A stretch of 64,000 nucleotides of DNA from a virus: positions 1 to 64,000 of the IMG/VR virus record IMGVR_UViG_3300017613_002557; one strand, 5' to 3'. Positions 45,568 to 55,658 of the stretch are shown here, one piece after another. The stretch's first letter is position 1. Each line of letters begins with the position of its first letter. The translations under genes were made by a program, and so were the position numbers. The notes below the pieces were generated by a model, which did not search any database, was not told the DNA's origin, and worked only from the letters and a program-made list of their open reading frames with translations.

Positions 45568-46533
45568 ATGGAGCAAATAAGTACCATCTTAATAGTCGAT
45601 GATGACACCAACACCCGCAGCGCGATGGGCGCATTGTTAGCTCATGAAGGCTACCGTTTAGTGTTTGCGAAGAGTGGTCAGGAAGCGTTGAAAAAAGCAG
45701 CAGAGATACAAATAGATGTGGTATTACTAGACATTATGATGCCGGATATGAACGGATATGAGGTCTGCCGACAGTTACGAGCCTCCCCTTTTTCGGCAGA
45801 AGTCCCGGTAATTATGGTGACAGCTTTGGATAATCGGGATGCTCGCTTACAAGGTATCGAGGCCGGAGCAGATGAGTTTGTGTCGAAACCGTTTGACCGT
45901 GTGGAATTACGTATGCGTATCCGCACCATCGTGCGACTCAACCGCTACCGTCAGTTGCTCAATGAACGTGCCGATCTGGAAAAAGCCTATGACGATACCT
46001 TAAAAGGCTGGTCATTAGCCCTGGAATTACGCGATAATGAGACGCAAGGCCATAGTCAGCGGGTCACACAGATGACGCTCACCCTGGCACGTATGATGGG
46101 AATTCCGGAAATTGAATTTCCGCATGTGTATCGTGGCGCACTCTTGCATGATATTGGAAAGATGGGCATTCCCGATAGCATTTTGCATAAACCCGGACCA
46201 TTAACCGATGAAGAATGGACGATTATGCGGAAACACCCGGTATATGCCTATGAGTTACTGTCATCGATTGCTTATCTCCGACCGGCACTGGACATCCCCT
46301 ATTGCCATCACGAGCATTGGGACGGTTCGGGATACCCGCGTGGATTACACGCCGAAAACATCCCGCAATCAGCCCGTATCTTTGCCATCGTGGACGTGTG
46401 GGACGCCTTGCGTTCAGATCGTCCGTATCGCAAAGCATGGTCAGAAGAACGTGTCAGGGACCATCTGCAAGAACAATGCGAAATCCTATTTGATCCGCAG
46501 GTGGTTGCCATGTTTCTGACAATAGAGGTGTGA
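45568..46533 (+). CDS. response regulator REC plus HD-GYP cyclic-dinucleotide phosphodiesterase (RpfG-like)
   Basis: ILIVDDD, LLDIMMP, VTA, SKP (REC); ETQGHSQRV, LHDIGK, HHEHWDGSGYP, DVWDALRSDRPYRKAW. Confidence 0.96.
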   Translation: MEQISTILIVDDDTNTRSAMGALLAHEGYRLVFAKSGQEALKKAAEIQIDVVLLDIMMPDMNGYEVCRQLRASPFSAEVPVIMVTALDNRDARLQGIEAGADEFVSKPFDRVELRMRIRTIVRLNRYRQLLNERADLEKAYDDTLKGWSLALELRDNETQGHSQRVTQMTLTLARMMGIPEIEFPHVYRGALLHDIGKMGIPDSILHKPGPLTDEEWTIMRKHPVYAYELLSSIAYLRPALDIPYCHHEHWDGSGYPRGLHAENIPQSARIFAIVDVWDALRSDRPYRKAWSEERVRDHLQEQCEILFDPQVVAMFLTIEV

Positions 46534-46730
46534 CTTTGAAAGTACATACATGCCCACATTGTAGCAGTCAGGACGTGATCGTTCGACAGGAGACGCTGTT
46601 TTGTAAAACGTGCCGGAAACATTCAGCGGTCACAAAGCCGGAAGAGATTATCTATAGTCGTGCGTTTTATCTTGCTGCCAAGGTGCCTGCAGCACAGATT
46701 ACGTCACTGAAGAACAGGAAAAACGGCTGA
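46530..46730 (+). CDS. small zinc-ribbon protein
   Basis: CPHC...CKTC; GTGA overlap. Confidence 0.6.
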   Translation: MTLKVHTCPHCSSQDVIVRQETLFCKTCRKHSAVTKPEEIIYSRAFYLAAKVPAAQITSLKNRKNG

Positions 46731-46830
46731 AATATGAGACACTTCTGCGTGCATGACACGTTGCCTCTTTTTTGGCGCACATGCGTCGTTTTTGCCGGGC
46801 AGACACATGTGTGCAGAGGTGCTTTTTATT

Positions 46831-47820
46831 ATGAAAGATGCTGAGTTTACATTCGGCTCTGTGTTCGCCGGAGCCGGTGGTTTCGATCTTGGGCTGGAGC
46901 GTGCCGGGATGACGTGTAAATGGCAGATTGAGAAAGATCGGTTTTGTCTCGATGTGCTCTCAACGCATTGGCCCGATGTGCCAAAATATCACGATGTTAT
47001 CGACTGCGGAAACCACAACCTCTCACCAGTTAGCCTTATTTGCGGGGGATTTCCATGCACAGACATTTCATGTGGAGGAAGCCGCGAGGGATTGGCTGGA
47101 AAATCCTCACAGCTTTGGTTCCCGATGCTCCGAATTTTTGAAGAATTGCGTTCAGCATGGGTACTTATTGAAAACGTACAAAATTTACTGTATTCCAATG
47201 GAGGGGCTGACTTTGCCGCCATCATTTCAGGGCTGGTTGAATGCGGGTATCGCGTGGCATGGAGGTGCTTTGACTCTCAGAACTTCGGACTCGCCCAACA
47301 ACGCAAGCGCCTCTATATTGTCGGACATCTTGGAGACGGATGCGCCGCGCAAATACTTTTTGAGCCCGACTGCCTGTCGCGGTATTCTGAGACGCGCACA
47401 GCGCAGAGGAGTGAAAATCCCCTTGGCGTTGAAGCGTCACTTGATGATCATTGCGAACGAGCAGACTACACCCCAGCAACCCTGACCCATTCGCATGGAC
47501 GCAATAGACCGGATGAAACCTTTGTGTCATACGGATTCGGAAAATACAAGAAGTCCGATGTCATCCATACGATTCGTGCGTCCGGGGGTGATAGTGGACG
47601 TGGCAGCGAGGCATTATATGTGGTGCCGCAACGTGGTATCCGAAAACTCATGCCACTCGAACACGAACGCTTGCAAGGATTCCCGGATCATTGGGCGGCG
47701 ATGTGTTCCGATACACAACGTTACCGCATGATGGGAAATGCCGTGTCCATCCCCGTTGTCGAATGGATCGGGCGCCGTATCTATGCGCTAAAAGATTATG
47801 AATTACAAACAATGTCCTAA
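46831..47820 (+). CDS. C5 cytosine DNA methyltransferase
   Basis: FAGAGG (I), GGFPC (IV), ENV (VI), QQRKR (VIII), ERLQGFPD (IX), MGNAV (X). Confidence 0.95.
   Translation: MKDAEFTFGSVFAGAGGFDLGLERAGMTCKWQIEKDRFCLDVLSTHWPDVPKYHDVIDCGNHNLSPVSLICGGFPCTDISCGGSREGLAGKSSQLWFPMLRIFEELRSAWVLIENVQNLLYSNGGADFAAIISGLVECGYRVAWRCFDSQNFGLAQQRKRLYIVGHLGDGCAAQILFEPDCLSRYSETRTAQRSENPLGVEASLDDHCERADYTPATLTHSHGRNRPDETFVSYGFGKYKKSDVIHTIRASGGDSGRGSEALYVVPQRGIRKLMPLEHERLQGFPDHWAAMCSDTQRYRMMGNAVSIPVVEWIGRRIYALKDYELQTMS
47198..47485 (+). CDS. overprinted alternative-frame polypeptide, M.EcoHK31I beta-subunit-like
   Basis: +1 frame reads SP..ASASILSDILETDAPRKYFLSPTACRGILRRAQRRGVKIP.AL, the pattern recalled for this family. 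Confidence 0.7.
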   Translation: MEGLTLPPSFQGWLNAGIAWHGGALTLRTSDSPNNASASILSDILETDAPRKYFLSPTACRGILRRAQRRGVKIPLALKRHLMIIANEQTTPQQP

Positions 47821-48475
47821 AATCAGCGCGGCACTCTGGAAAGCCGGGATTCACACAAAAGGAATCGACGCGGTCATTCACGCCTGCTGCGCGTTGCTCA
47901 CGGAAGGTTATTCGCTCAGACATGTCGCGAACATCTGTCAGATTCACAAGAACACGCTCGCGCACCATCTTCGCGATGAAGACTTACCCGCATCGTATCC
48001 CGGAGAATGGCATCGATTTCCGTTTATCCGCGAGGCCATGCACGCGCAGTATGTGTTCGTACGCACGCCGGATGATATGGATATGTGGTGTGCGTTGGAA
48101 CATCGTGGCGGGTATTCGTGCAACCGCTTGGCAGATGTGATCGGAATCACGTCTGGCACTGTGCGGCAGCATGTGAAACGCGGGAAAACCCTGCTGATTA
48201 CACACGCCCCTCCGGCATTACCTCCACTTCCGTATCATATTACCGTGCCGATCCCAAAATTGGACCCTGGCACACTGGTAAAGGTCGCGCACCCGCGCTA
48301 TTGTCTGATGGGTACGTTTCTGCGCTGGAGCGTGACCAAACACCATACGCGCATTAATGTGGAGGTCAACGGCCATCCGGTGGCTGTAAATCAAAAACGA
48401 ATCGAGTTGTATTCAACCACACCGGCACAAGCGGTCGAACCGGTCACAGACGATGATTTTATAAAATTCACTTGA
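47798..48475 (+). CDS. double-HTH DNA-binding protein (sigma region 4-like C-terminal HTH)
   Basis: GYSLRHVANICQIHKNTL and GYSCNRLADVIGITSGTVRQHVKRG. Confidence 0.7.
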   Translation: MNYKQCPKISAALWKAGIHTKGIDAVIHACCALLTEGYSLRHVANICQIHKNTLAHHLRDEDLPASYPGEWHRFPFIREAMHAQYVFVRTPDDMDMWCALEHRGGYSCNRLADVIGITSGTVRQHVKRGKTLLITHAPPALPPLPYHITVPIPKLDPGTLVKVAHPRYCLMGTFLRWSVTKHHTRINVEVNGHPVAVNQKRIELYSTTPAQAVEPVTDDDFIKFT

Positions 48476-48512
48476 CGGAAAATTGCGCCACCGGTAGGGT
48501 ATGTACGCAGAC

Positions 48513-48542
48513 ACACCGAGGGTTTCGTGAAACCCTCGGTGT
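48513..48542. promoter_or_regulatory. Near-perfect palindrome upstream of the Rep-like gene
   Basis: ACACCGAGGGTTTC-GT-GAAACCCTCGGTGT. Confidence 0.55.
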
Positions 48543-48683
48543 ATTGGTTATGCATGTATCCCGGACAAGTTACTCAGAAGAGGCACACAGAGTGCCAGAA
48601 CGGACGGTATGGGAAGTCTCTGTGATTCGTGAGGTTTTGTCAAGAACTTTTTTCACAAGCTCACGAACATACCGCAAAAAATC

Positions 48684-50792
48684 ATGCCATCACTCAAAAT
48701 TTCAGACCTGCCAGCAACTATTCAGCAGGATAAACAATTAACCGTGTCGATGAAGCGGATCTGTCTACGAATCCTGTATCAAACACTCCATTATGGGGCC
48801 TGTTACGATGCCAATAAAGAGTTCGTTACACTGTTAAAACGCGGACACAGACCGGCACAAGTCAGCACACGATCAGTGCGGCGCTGGATGATCATGCTTC
48901 AAGAGAAACAGATCGTGATTGTGACCTCAGAACCCCACGCCGTGCGGCGCTGTCTGATCATGAATCCTGACTTAACAATGCAGGTGAAAACCGATCAATA
49001 TCCGGAAATTCAGCGGTACACACAAGTCTGTCGAAAAATCCTGGAAATGACCGGGACTACGTCGTTTTCAGAGTTGCTAAGGATTGACACAAGTCGAATT
49101 GACATACTTTTGGGTATTCACATTGAGACACTGCCGAGACATGCGGATAAGTCTCGTGAAAACAAACTGTTAGAACGGTTTGTGTCCGCGCTTTTGAATG
49201 ATGAGCGCGGCGTTACAAACGTTAGCCAAGGAGCGTCAGAAGGGGTGGGCGAGAAAGAGGTTGGAATCCCTCTGAGAGAAGCAAAAGTCAGGACAAAATC
49301 AGAGGATGGAAAACAGGGCAATGTCCGTCCAGAAGATCCTGGAAGTAGTAACAAAGATAATGAGTTACAAGGTGAAATGTCCGCGCAGAAGTTTTGGAAT
49401 GTTGCTGCGCCAGGGTACGGTGTCCGTCCAGAAGATCCTGGAAGTAGTAACAAAGATAATGAGTTACAAGGTGAAATGTCCGCGCAGAAAAACGACAATG
49501 TCCGTCCAGAAGATCCTGGAAGTAGTAACAAAGATAATGAGTTACAAGGTGAAATGTCCGACCGAGAGATCGATGACCCAAAGGCGGACATTTCGGACAA
49601 TGTTCGCCTGAGAGATCCTGGAAGTAGTAACAAAGATAATGAGTTACAAGGTGAAATGTCCGCGCAGGACATCGACCGGGTAGGTTTTGGGCAATTTTCT
49701 GGTGTCCGTTCAAGAGATCCCGAAAGTGGTAATGGCAATAATGACTTACAAGGTGAAATGTCCGCCGAGAGATCGGAAAACGGTGCTACAATGTGGGGGC
49801 GGACATTCCGCGGACATTCCGCGGACACAAACTTTTGTAAATCCGTCGCTGGAAACGCCCGCCAGCAGGGCGAAGACAACCCCTCCTCGCGCGCGCATTC
49901 CGGATCTCGGATCTCGGTAAAAGAAAGAGTCGGATCTGGGATCTTGAAAGAGGATCGCGAGGCCCTATCAAACTTTTCCGCTCCGCTTTTCTTTTCTTTT
50001 TTTCAAGAGCAGGAACACAGCAACCCCTCGGCGCTCTTCGGACTTGCGTCGGTAAATCTGCTGTTCGGCCCGATTTACGGGCCTATAGACCCCACAACCC
50101 ATGCTGCGTTTTTCGCCACTTTTGCGGAGTATAACCCCCCCCAACCCGTCCTGCAACCCGCAACTATCACGGTGTTTAGCGCCTGGATCGCTCAACAATA
50201 TTCGCATTTTACGGACACAGGAGAATTGACGTTTCAACCAACCAACGGGTATGCGGTGATTCAACAGTTTTTGGCAGATGCCCATACCACGGCGTACCCA
50301 CAGTTTCCAGAGACAAACGACGCACTCGATATGTTTCGGTTATGCTTCGCCGTCTCCCTGTCGGTACAGCAGCAACGTCTGATTATGGCCACTGTCAGGA
50401 ATCTTGAACTGTGGCAACACACGCTGTCGGAATGGGCCGATCAACCAGGACGGTCAGGCCAAGGATGGAATCCGGCGAATGTCCCCGGACTTCTAGACCG
50501 CTACCGGAGAAAATGCCGCGCTGTCGATGTGCTGTTTCACGAACACCAACCCACAGGCTTAACGGTGATCGAACTCCCCACAGAGGAACGGGTCGCCTAT
50601 TGGCTGAAACTGGAAATCAGCGAAACGCAACGAAAGTTTTTGGAACACGCTGTCAACAATCCGGAATTTCCCGCTATCACCAGCCTGGAAACCGTGTTTC
50701 AACACCCGGAACTTCTCCCCGAAACAGACGCATGTCGGGATATTCTGGCAAACTTTACGCAACATGGTGAAAATATCGAAAAAAGTGCTTGA
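48684..50792 (+). CDS. replication-initiator-like protein with internal iteron-like repeats
   Basis: N-terminal wHTH (VSTRSVRRWMIMLQEKQIV), repetitive linker, C-terminal WNPANVPGLLDRY helical domain. Confidence 0.65.
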   Translation: MPSLKISDLPATIQQDKQLTVSMKRICLRILYQTLHYGACYDANKEFVTLLKRGHRPAQVSTRSVRRWMIMLQEKQIVIVTSEPHAVRRCLIMNPDLTMQVKTDQYPEIQRYTQVCRKILEMTGTTSFSELLRIDTSRIDILLGIHIETLPRHADKSRENKLLERFVSALLNDERGVTNVSQGASEGVGEKEVGIPLREAKVRTKSEDGKQGNVRPEDPGSSNKDNELQGEMSAQKFWNVAAPGYGVRPEDPGSSNKDNELQGEMSAQKNDNVRPEDPGSSNKDNELQGEMSDREIDDPKADISDNVRLRDPGSSNKDNELQGEMSAQDIDRVGFGQFSGVRSRDPESGNGNNDLQGEMSAERSENGATMWGRTFRGHSADTNFCKSVAGNARQQGEDNPSSRAHSGSRISVKERVGSGILKEDREALSNFSAPLFFSFFQEQEHSNPSALFGLASVNLLFGPIYGPIDPTTHAAFFATFAEYNPPQPVLQPATITVFSAWIAQQYSHFTDTGELTFQPTNGYAVIQQFLADAHTTAYPQFPETNDALDMFRLCFAVSLSVQQQRLIMATVRNLELWQHTLSEWADQPGRSGQGWNPANVPGLLDRYRRKCRAVDVLFHEHQPTGLTVIELPTEERVAYWLKLEISETQRKFLEHAVNNPEFPAITSLETVFQHPELLPETDACRDILANFTQHGENIEKSA
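49322..49828 (+). repeat. In-frame iteron-like repeats (four identical 48-bp cores, one degenerate copy, then inverted GCGGACA triplet)
   Basis: AGATCCTGGAAGTAGTAACAAAGATAATGAGTTACAAGGTGAAATGTCCG at about 49334, 49433, 49511, 49613; degenerate copy at about 49715; GCGGACATTCC tandem at 49799-49828. Confidence 0.92.
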
Positions 50793-51223
50793 CAAAATCA
50801 CGTTCCACCAGTAAGCTTTTCTGCAATACAGACCGTGAAATCCGTGGATCCTCCATAATGACGGGGAATACACGCTGATTTTATGCAATGGAGACACCCA
50901 CAAAACATAATTTGGCGCCCGCCATGAGATATAACGTCCTGGCCTGGATGGGGATTACCCCCTGAGCCTTCCGAGGTTGCTCTGCACTTGTCGAATTAAT
51001 ATAAACGAATACGAAGCTACTACTCTGAGATTTTGTCGCATCCTGGGGCAAATTTGGAAGCTATTTGAACACCCACAATCCCATACCACCACCCACACTC
51101 CCCATAATGTGAACAATAACCGTACCACGTTGTGGCAGTGTCCGATTTCCGACATATCTACTGTCTAATTTACGACCCCCCCCTATGCCTGGCTAACATA
51201 TTCCCGCCCACCCTATCCCCACC

Positions 51224-51383
51224 GTTGCAAAATGCAACACCCCCCACACCATACCATTTCATATTGAAACACCCAACCCCAATCCAGCCAGTATATACTC
51301 AACCCCACTAGCCACTATACCCCATATTACTGTTTCAATATGAAACACTGTTGCATTCTGCAACAGTGTTGCATTCTGCAACA
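51224..51383. repeat. Array of five palindromic parS-like sites TGTTKCA-N3-TGMAACA
   Basis: Copies at 51224-51238, 51256-51270, and three back-to-back at 51331-51347, 51349-51365, 51367-51383. Confidence 0.8.
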
Positions 51384-51417
51384 CCCCCTCCGTAAATCCC
51401 CCATAAACACACCCATA

Positions 51418-51537
51418 CTAACTTAAAATAACTTAAAATAACTTAAACTGACTTATGCCCACTCAACACTTACTCAACACTTACCCATAAACTATCCAAC
51501 ACCTGCTCAATACTTGACCATAATTTGACCATAATTG
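51418..51537. repeat. Cluster of short AT-rich tandem repeats
   Basis: TAACTTAAAA x3, ACTCAACACTT x2, TTGACCATAAT x2. Confidence 0.85.
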
Positions 51538-52226
51538 AAACAAATTACAGGTAGGTTTTGGAGCAAAATTGGGAGTATGCTAGCTTTTTCCTGGGATTTG
51601 TTAGGACATTCGTGATCCTGGGTTCGCCTTCTATCAGGGCGATAAAAGGGGGGTGAAGGATTTATTACTTTCTTTTCTTTGTGCTTTTTCTGCGTTTTTT
51701 CTGCGGTTCGATAATTTTTACGAAATCGGTGAGAAATTGTTGGGCAACTTTTGAGTAACTTTTGATATTATTGGGGTAGTGCGGCAAAAATTCGCAGTTG
51801 GCAGATATGATGCTACAATGTGGTATGATGACTGTCACATTGTAGCATGGTGTTTTTAAGAGGAGAAATATACTTTCCTATTTTTTGATATTTCGTTTAT
51901 GGGAAAAAGTGCCTTGTTTTTGATGGTGCATGCATCTTTTTCGTTGACATGTGCTGGTTAATTTGGCAGGGTTTAGGAATGCGAACATTTTTTATTACTA
52001 TGGACAGCAACATTTACGCACGAAGGCCATATCATGTAATGGCCTCGAATGGCTGCTGTGTTGGCAAGAAGAGGACACTTGCGGCGGCGCGTGTATGTAA
52101 GACCAGTCGCGAGAAAGAGGAGTTTCGGAAGGTGGTGCGGGATATATACCGGGCAAGGTGGGGCAAACAGAGACAGAACGAGCGGTATTGAAAAGGTGTC
52201 CACTTGTATTTATGTCACCTGATCAG

Positions 52227-55200
52227 TCAGGATCTCGCAATCTTTCTGACGATTTCCTGTGGCGATGCCATATTCACCCTATTTGTGGTATTGGTTGTGA
52301 CATGGCACTTTAGGCCATGCGTGATATTCAGGTGAATCGCGGTTGTTTCGGCGAGTGCTTCACCTGCCGACATGCCAGGACGTTTCTGAATGTTCGCATG
52401 GTTATAGTCTGGGTACGTCACGACAAGAATAATTTCCATCGTATTATCCTCCAGTTTTCTGGTTTAGACGCGGTTACGCGGGTTTTTCTGGGCGTTTCGA
52501 TAGTGTCGATCAGCTTCACGCAGTCCCATTTCGTAAAAATATTCCCGGTTACTGGTAGCTGCGCGCCCGCGTAGTGACTTCTCTCGTTTTGTTCCGGCGC
52601 TAGAAATGAACCTTCCATTTAGACGTACAGTATAGTGGTATGCGTCGTATTCTATGGTATACCCTGCTTTTCTAAGGGTGTCAACATTTATTCCGGGGAT
52701 ATTCATGGTTTTCTCCTGGTTTTAGAAGGGGTTCGCGTTCTTTTTGGTCGAAGATCATGATGTAGGCGTGTTCGTCGTTACCGAGGGGGACGAAAAATGG
52801 GCTGGCTTTTGCTCTAATGAGCAGCGAATTCCAGGCTTCTTCGTCGTTTTTTGGGGTAGCTGGATGTGGGTTGTCATGTGAGGGGTGGTCGCAGAATCCG
52901 GCTATATATTGGCACTTATCGAAGATATTGAGTTCTACTTGTTTTTTATGGCTGCATACGGTAGCTACTCCGGCGTATGCATGGATGATAAACCCGTGTT
53001 TTTCGTAGTCTTTCATGAGTTTTTCCCAGTCTATTCTACGTTGTTCCTTGTTATTCATAGTTACCTCACTTGTATTTGTGGGGCATATTCAGTCTACCTG
53101 TATTTGTCCCGCTGATTCAGTCAGTATAATTGGGTTGTCTAGTCTCTTTTCTCTGCCACCTTATTGCACTTGTTGAAACGCCGACGTATTCTTGGCGCGT
53201 ATACACGGCTGTCAATATAGTAGGGTTCCCCACGTTTCCATTCTCTTTCAGCGGCAGATGCTATCCACGGGCAATCGTGAGTGTGGCGCAGTTCGTACAG
53301 GACAGCTTTTTGTTCATCTGTGTGTGTTTTTTTCATTGTTATTTTCCTTAAATGTCCTATGAGAGATTCTGTAAACGGTGTAATTACAATAGTTTGCAAG
53401 GCAATTTGTCCGTTGAGAGTTAGTATAGAGGGCCATATTGCGCGAGTTCTCTTTTGCTTACTGGACCTGGCATATCGCGTTCATAGTGTGTGGCGCAGTA
53501 GGTTCCGCATGTCGGTTCATCGTCGCAGGTTAGGAAGACTCTTTCTCCGACGTAGATTACTTGTCCGCACCAGGCACAGTGGCATTCTTCGCTGTGATGG
53601 TCTACGATATAGAAATTTCTCATAATGGCTCACCTCCTTGTTGTTGCTCTGTCAGGGTTTTGTGGTGTTGACGCCATTTTTTCTCTTTATGTTTTGTCAG
53701 GACGGTAACTGCCATAGACCTGATTGTATTGCGACTTGTGATAAAGAGGTGGCGTATGATTGTGTGTTCTTTTCCCAGGAGTCCACCGGTTGTGAGGTGG
53801 TCCACAAGGTACGGTTTATTCTTCATTGGGTTCTGCATTTTTTTACGTCGCACGATCAGCAGATTCTTTGTGCCTTTATGCGTGATTGTGACGGCATATT
53901 CAATCGTATCATCATTGGGCGGATCTTCTGGAAGTTGTCGTTCTACTTCTTTGCGGATTTGTGTGTTGGTCATCATAGTAATGTTTCCTTTCGTTGTTCT
54001 GGCGTACAATTCTGTTAATTTTGGTTTAATGCATTATTCATTGTTTCCACAAATGGGCATTATGTTTAAGATACAAGGGCAAGCTGAAAATTTTGAACTT
54101 GTTCTTCAGTAAGTTCAAAAGGATAATCAACTACCCCGAACTTGAATTTAGGGTGTTCTCTATTGCTTTGAATAATCCATCCATCGGGCACCTGTGCTTT
54201 GGCAAGCGGTCTGTATTTCAATCCGTATGACCAGCGTCTCCCCGTATAAGTATCATTGAAAATAGCCTTCATTTCACTCACTCCTTTTTCTGTTCAGCAA
54301 GAGTCCCTGACAGGGTTTTATGGCGTTCAATCCATCCCAAAGCGTCTTGTTTGCTGATGAGTTCGTACCCATCGCTGAGAAGCGTATTTTGTCTTGTAAG
54401 CTGAAAGTATTTCAGTATAAGTCTATTTTTACCGCTTACTGGTTGTTTTGACAGCTTTTCAATGTGGATTGTATCACATCCTGTCTTGTGAATCCGTTTA
54501 AAGCTGGCAAAGATGAGGCGTTCTTCGCCATTGACCCTGATAATTACAGGGTATTGTGTATGTGTGGCTCGTATTGAGCTGAGCTGATCTTCTATTTGGT
54601 GTCTAATCTCAACGTACATTGTCGTACCTCCATTCCTGGTGTGATAAATACTTGGAGTGTATTTTCGCGTCGAAACAGCACGAGACCTCCAAAGATTTCA
54701 TCGTAGTGCTGTATAAGATGCAAAACCATGCCCCTTGTGTATTGAACGTCATAGGTGAACGTTTTTCTATTCAGCTTTGTGATCGTGCCGGAGACACAGC
54801 CGCGAATACCGTCGCGTGGACTATAGATATAATCGCCCACTTCGAGATGCTGTTTTATTTCTTCTGGTGTCGTGATCTGAATATCGTTACCGTATGTGAA
54901 CCTGTCTAATAGTTGTGGTCTGGTGAATTGTTTCATAGTGTTTCCTCCCTTTCAATGTGTGTGATTTCGTGTGTTGTTAGTCCATCACGGAGAGCGGCAG
55001 TTTTCATGTCGTGAATCCAGGCATTCACACGTTGTATGTTTGGGTCATCGACAAGGCAGCGTACTCCATGTACGGTTCTTGGTGGCAGTGTTGGTCTATT
55101 ATGAGATGTTTCCATGATATTGACAGCGTATCCTGTTTTCTTTTTTGCGGCGACAAGGAGTCGTCTTATAAAAAGAATAATGTTGTCGTATTCTTGTTTT

Positions 55201-55586
55201 GTGAATTGTTTCATGGTATATGTCCACTTGTATTTGTGGGAGCTATTCAGAAAGAATAATTCTCACAAACTCGGAAGTGTAAATGTTGCGGCGATGTATT
55301 GGTCCGGATGTTGTTCTTGATAGGCTTTACGAATTGCCGTGATTGATATTCCTAACCTAAAAGCAAAATCTGCCATGACCTTTTCTGTGCTTGCATTGAA
55401 CTCACTACACCGTTTTTGCCACTCACGTCTACTGTAGACACCGGCACGAGCCAAACTGCTAAAGTGATTAATTGCGTGAATGGCGGCTGCATATATTTCT
55501 GGTTTTGTGCATGGGGTGTTTGCAGTGAGTGCAATAATAATGTAAGAGCGGTCCTTTCGAGTTTCTGTTCTGATTGTGTGTCGCAT
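52227..55586 (-). other. Block of small, tightly coupled early-type hypothetical genes (52227-52439, 52464-52706, 52681-53058, 53139-53399, 53420-53623, 53620-54009, 54278-54619, 54592-54936, 54933-55214, 55263-55586)
   Basis: Co-oriented short ORFs with RBS or ATGA overlaps. Confidence 0.7.
54066..54281 (-). CDS. DarA C-terminal-domain-like small protein
   Basis: YGLKYRP....VPDGW......FGVVDYPFELTEEQVQNFQL matches the recalled Y....RP...P.G...G...Y...Lt.ee...yeL pattern. Confidence 0.6.
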   Translation of the reverse strand: MSEMKAIFNDTYTGRRWSYGLKYRPLAKAQVPDGWIIQSNREHPKFKFGVVDYPFELTEEQVQNFQLALVS

Positions 55587-55658
55587 GTGTTCACCTGTAT
55601 GTGTGTGAGGGATTCAGAAGGGATCCCCCCATTTAGTTGATTTTGATATGTTGCCGCC

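Noticed and set aside
46831-47820. Complete restriction-modification system
   Set aside because: No cognate endonuclease recognisable beside either methyltransferase
49322-49770. CRISPR array or DGR template/variable repeat
   Set aside because: Repeats are in frame within a CDS, spacers vary from 9 to about 50 bp, copies lack adenine-specific differences and there is no reverse transcriptase in the window
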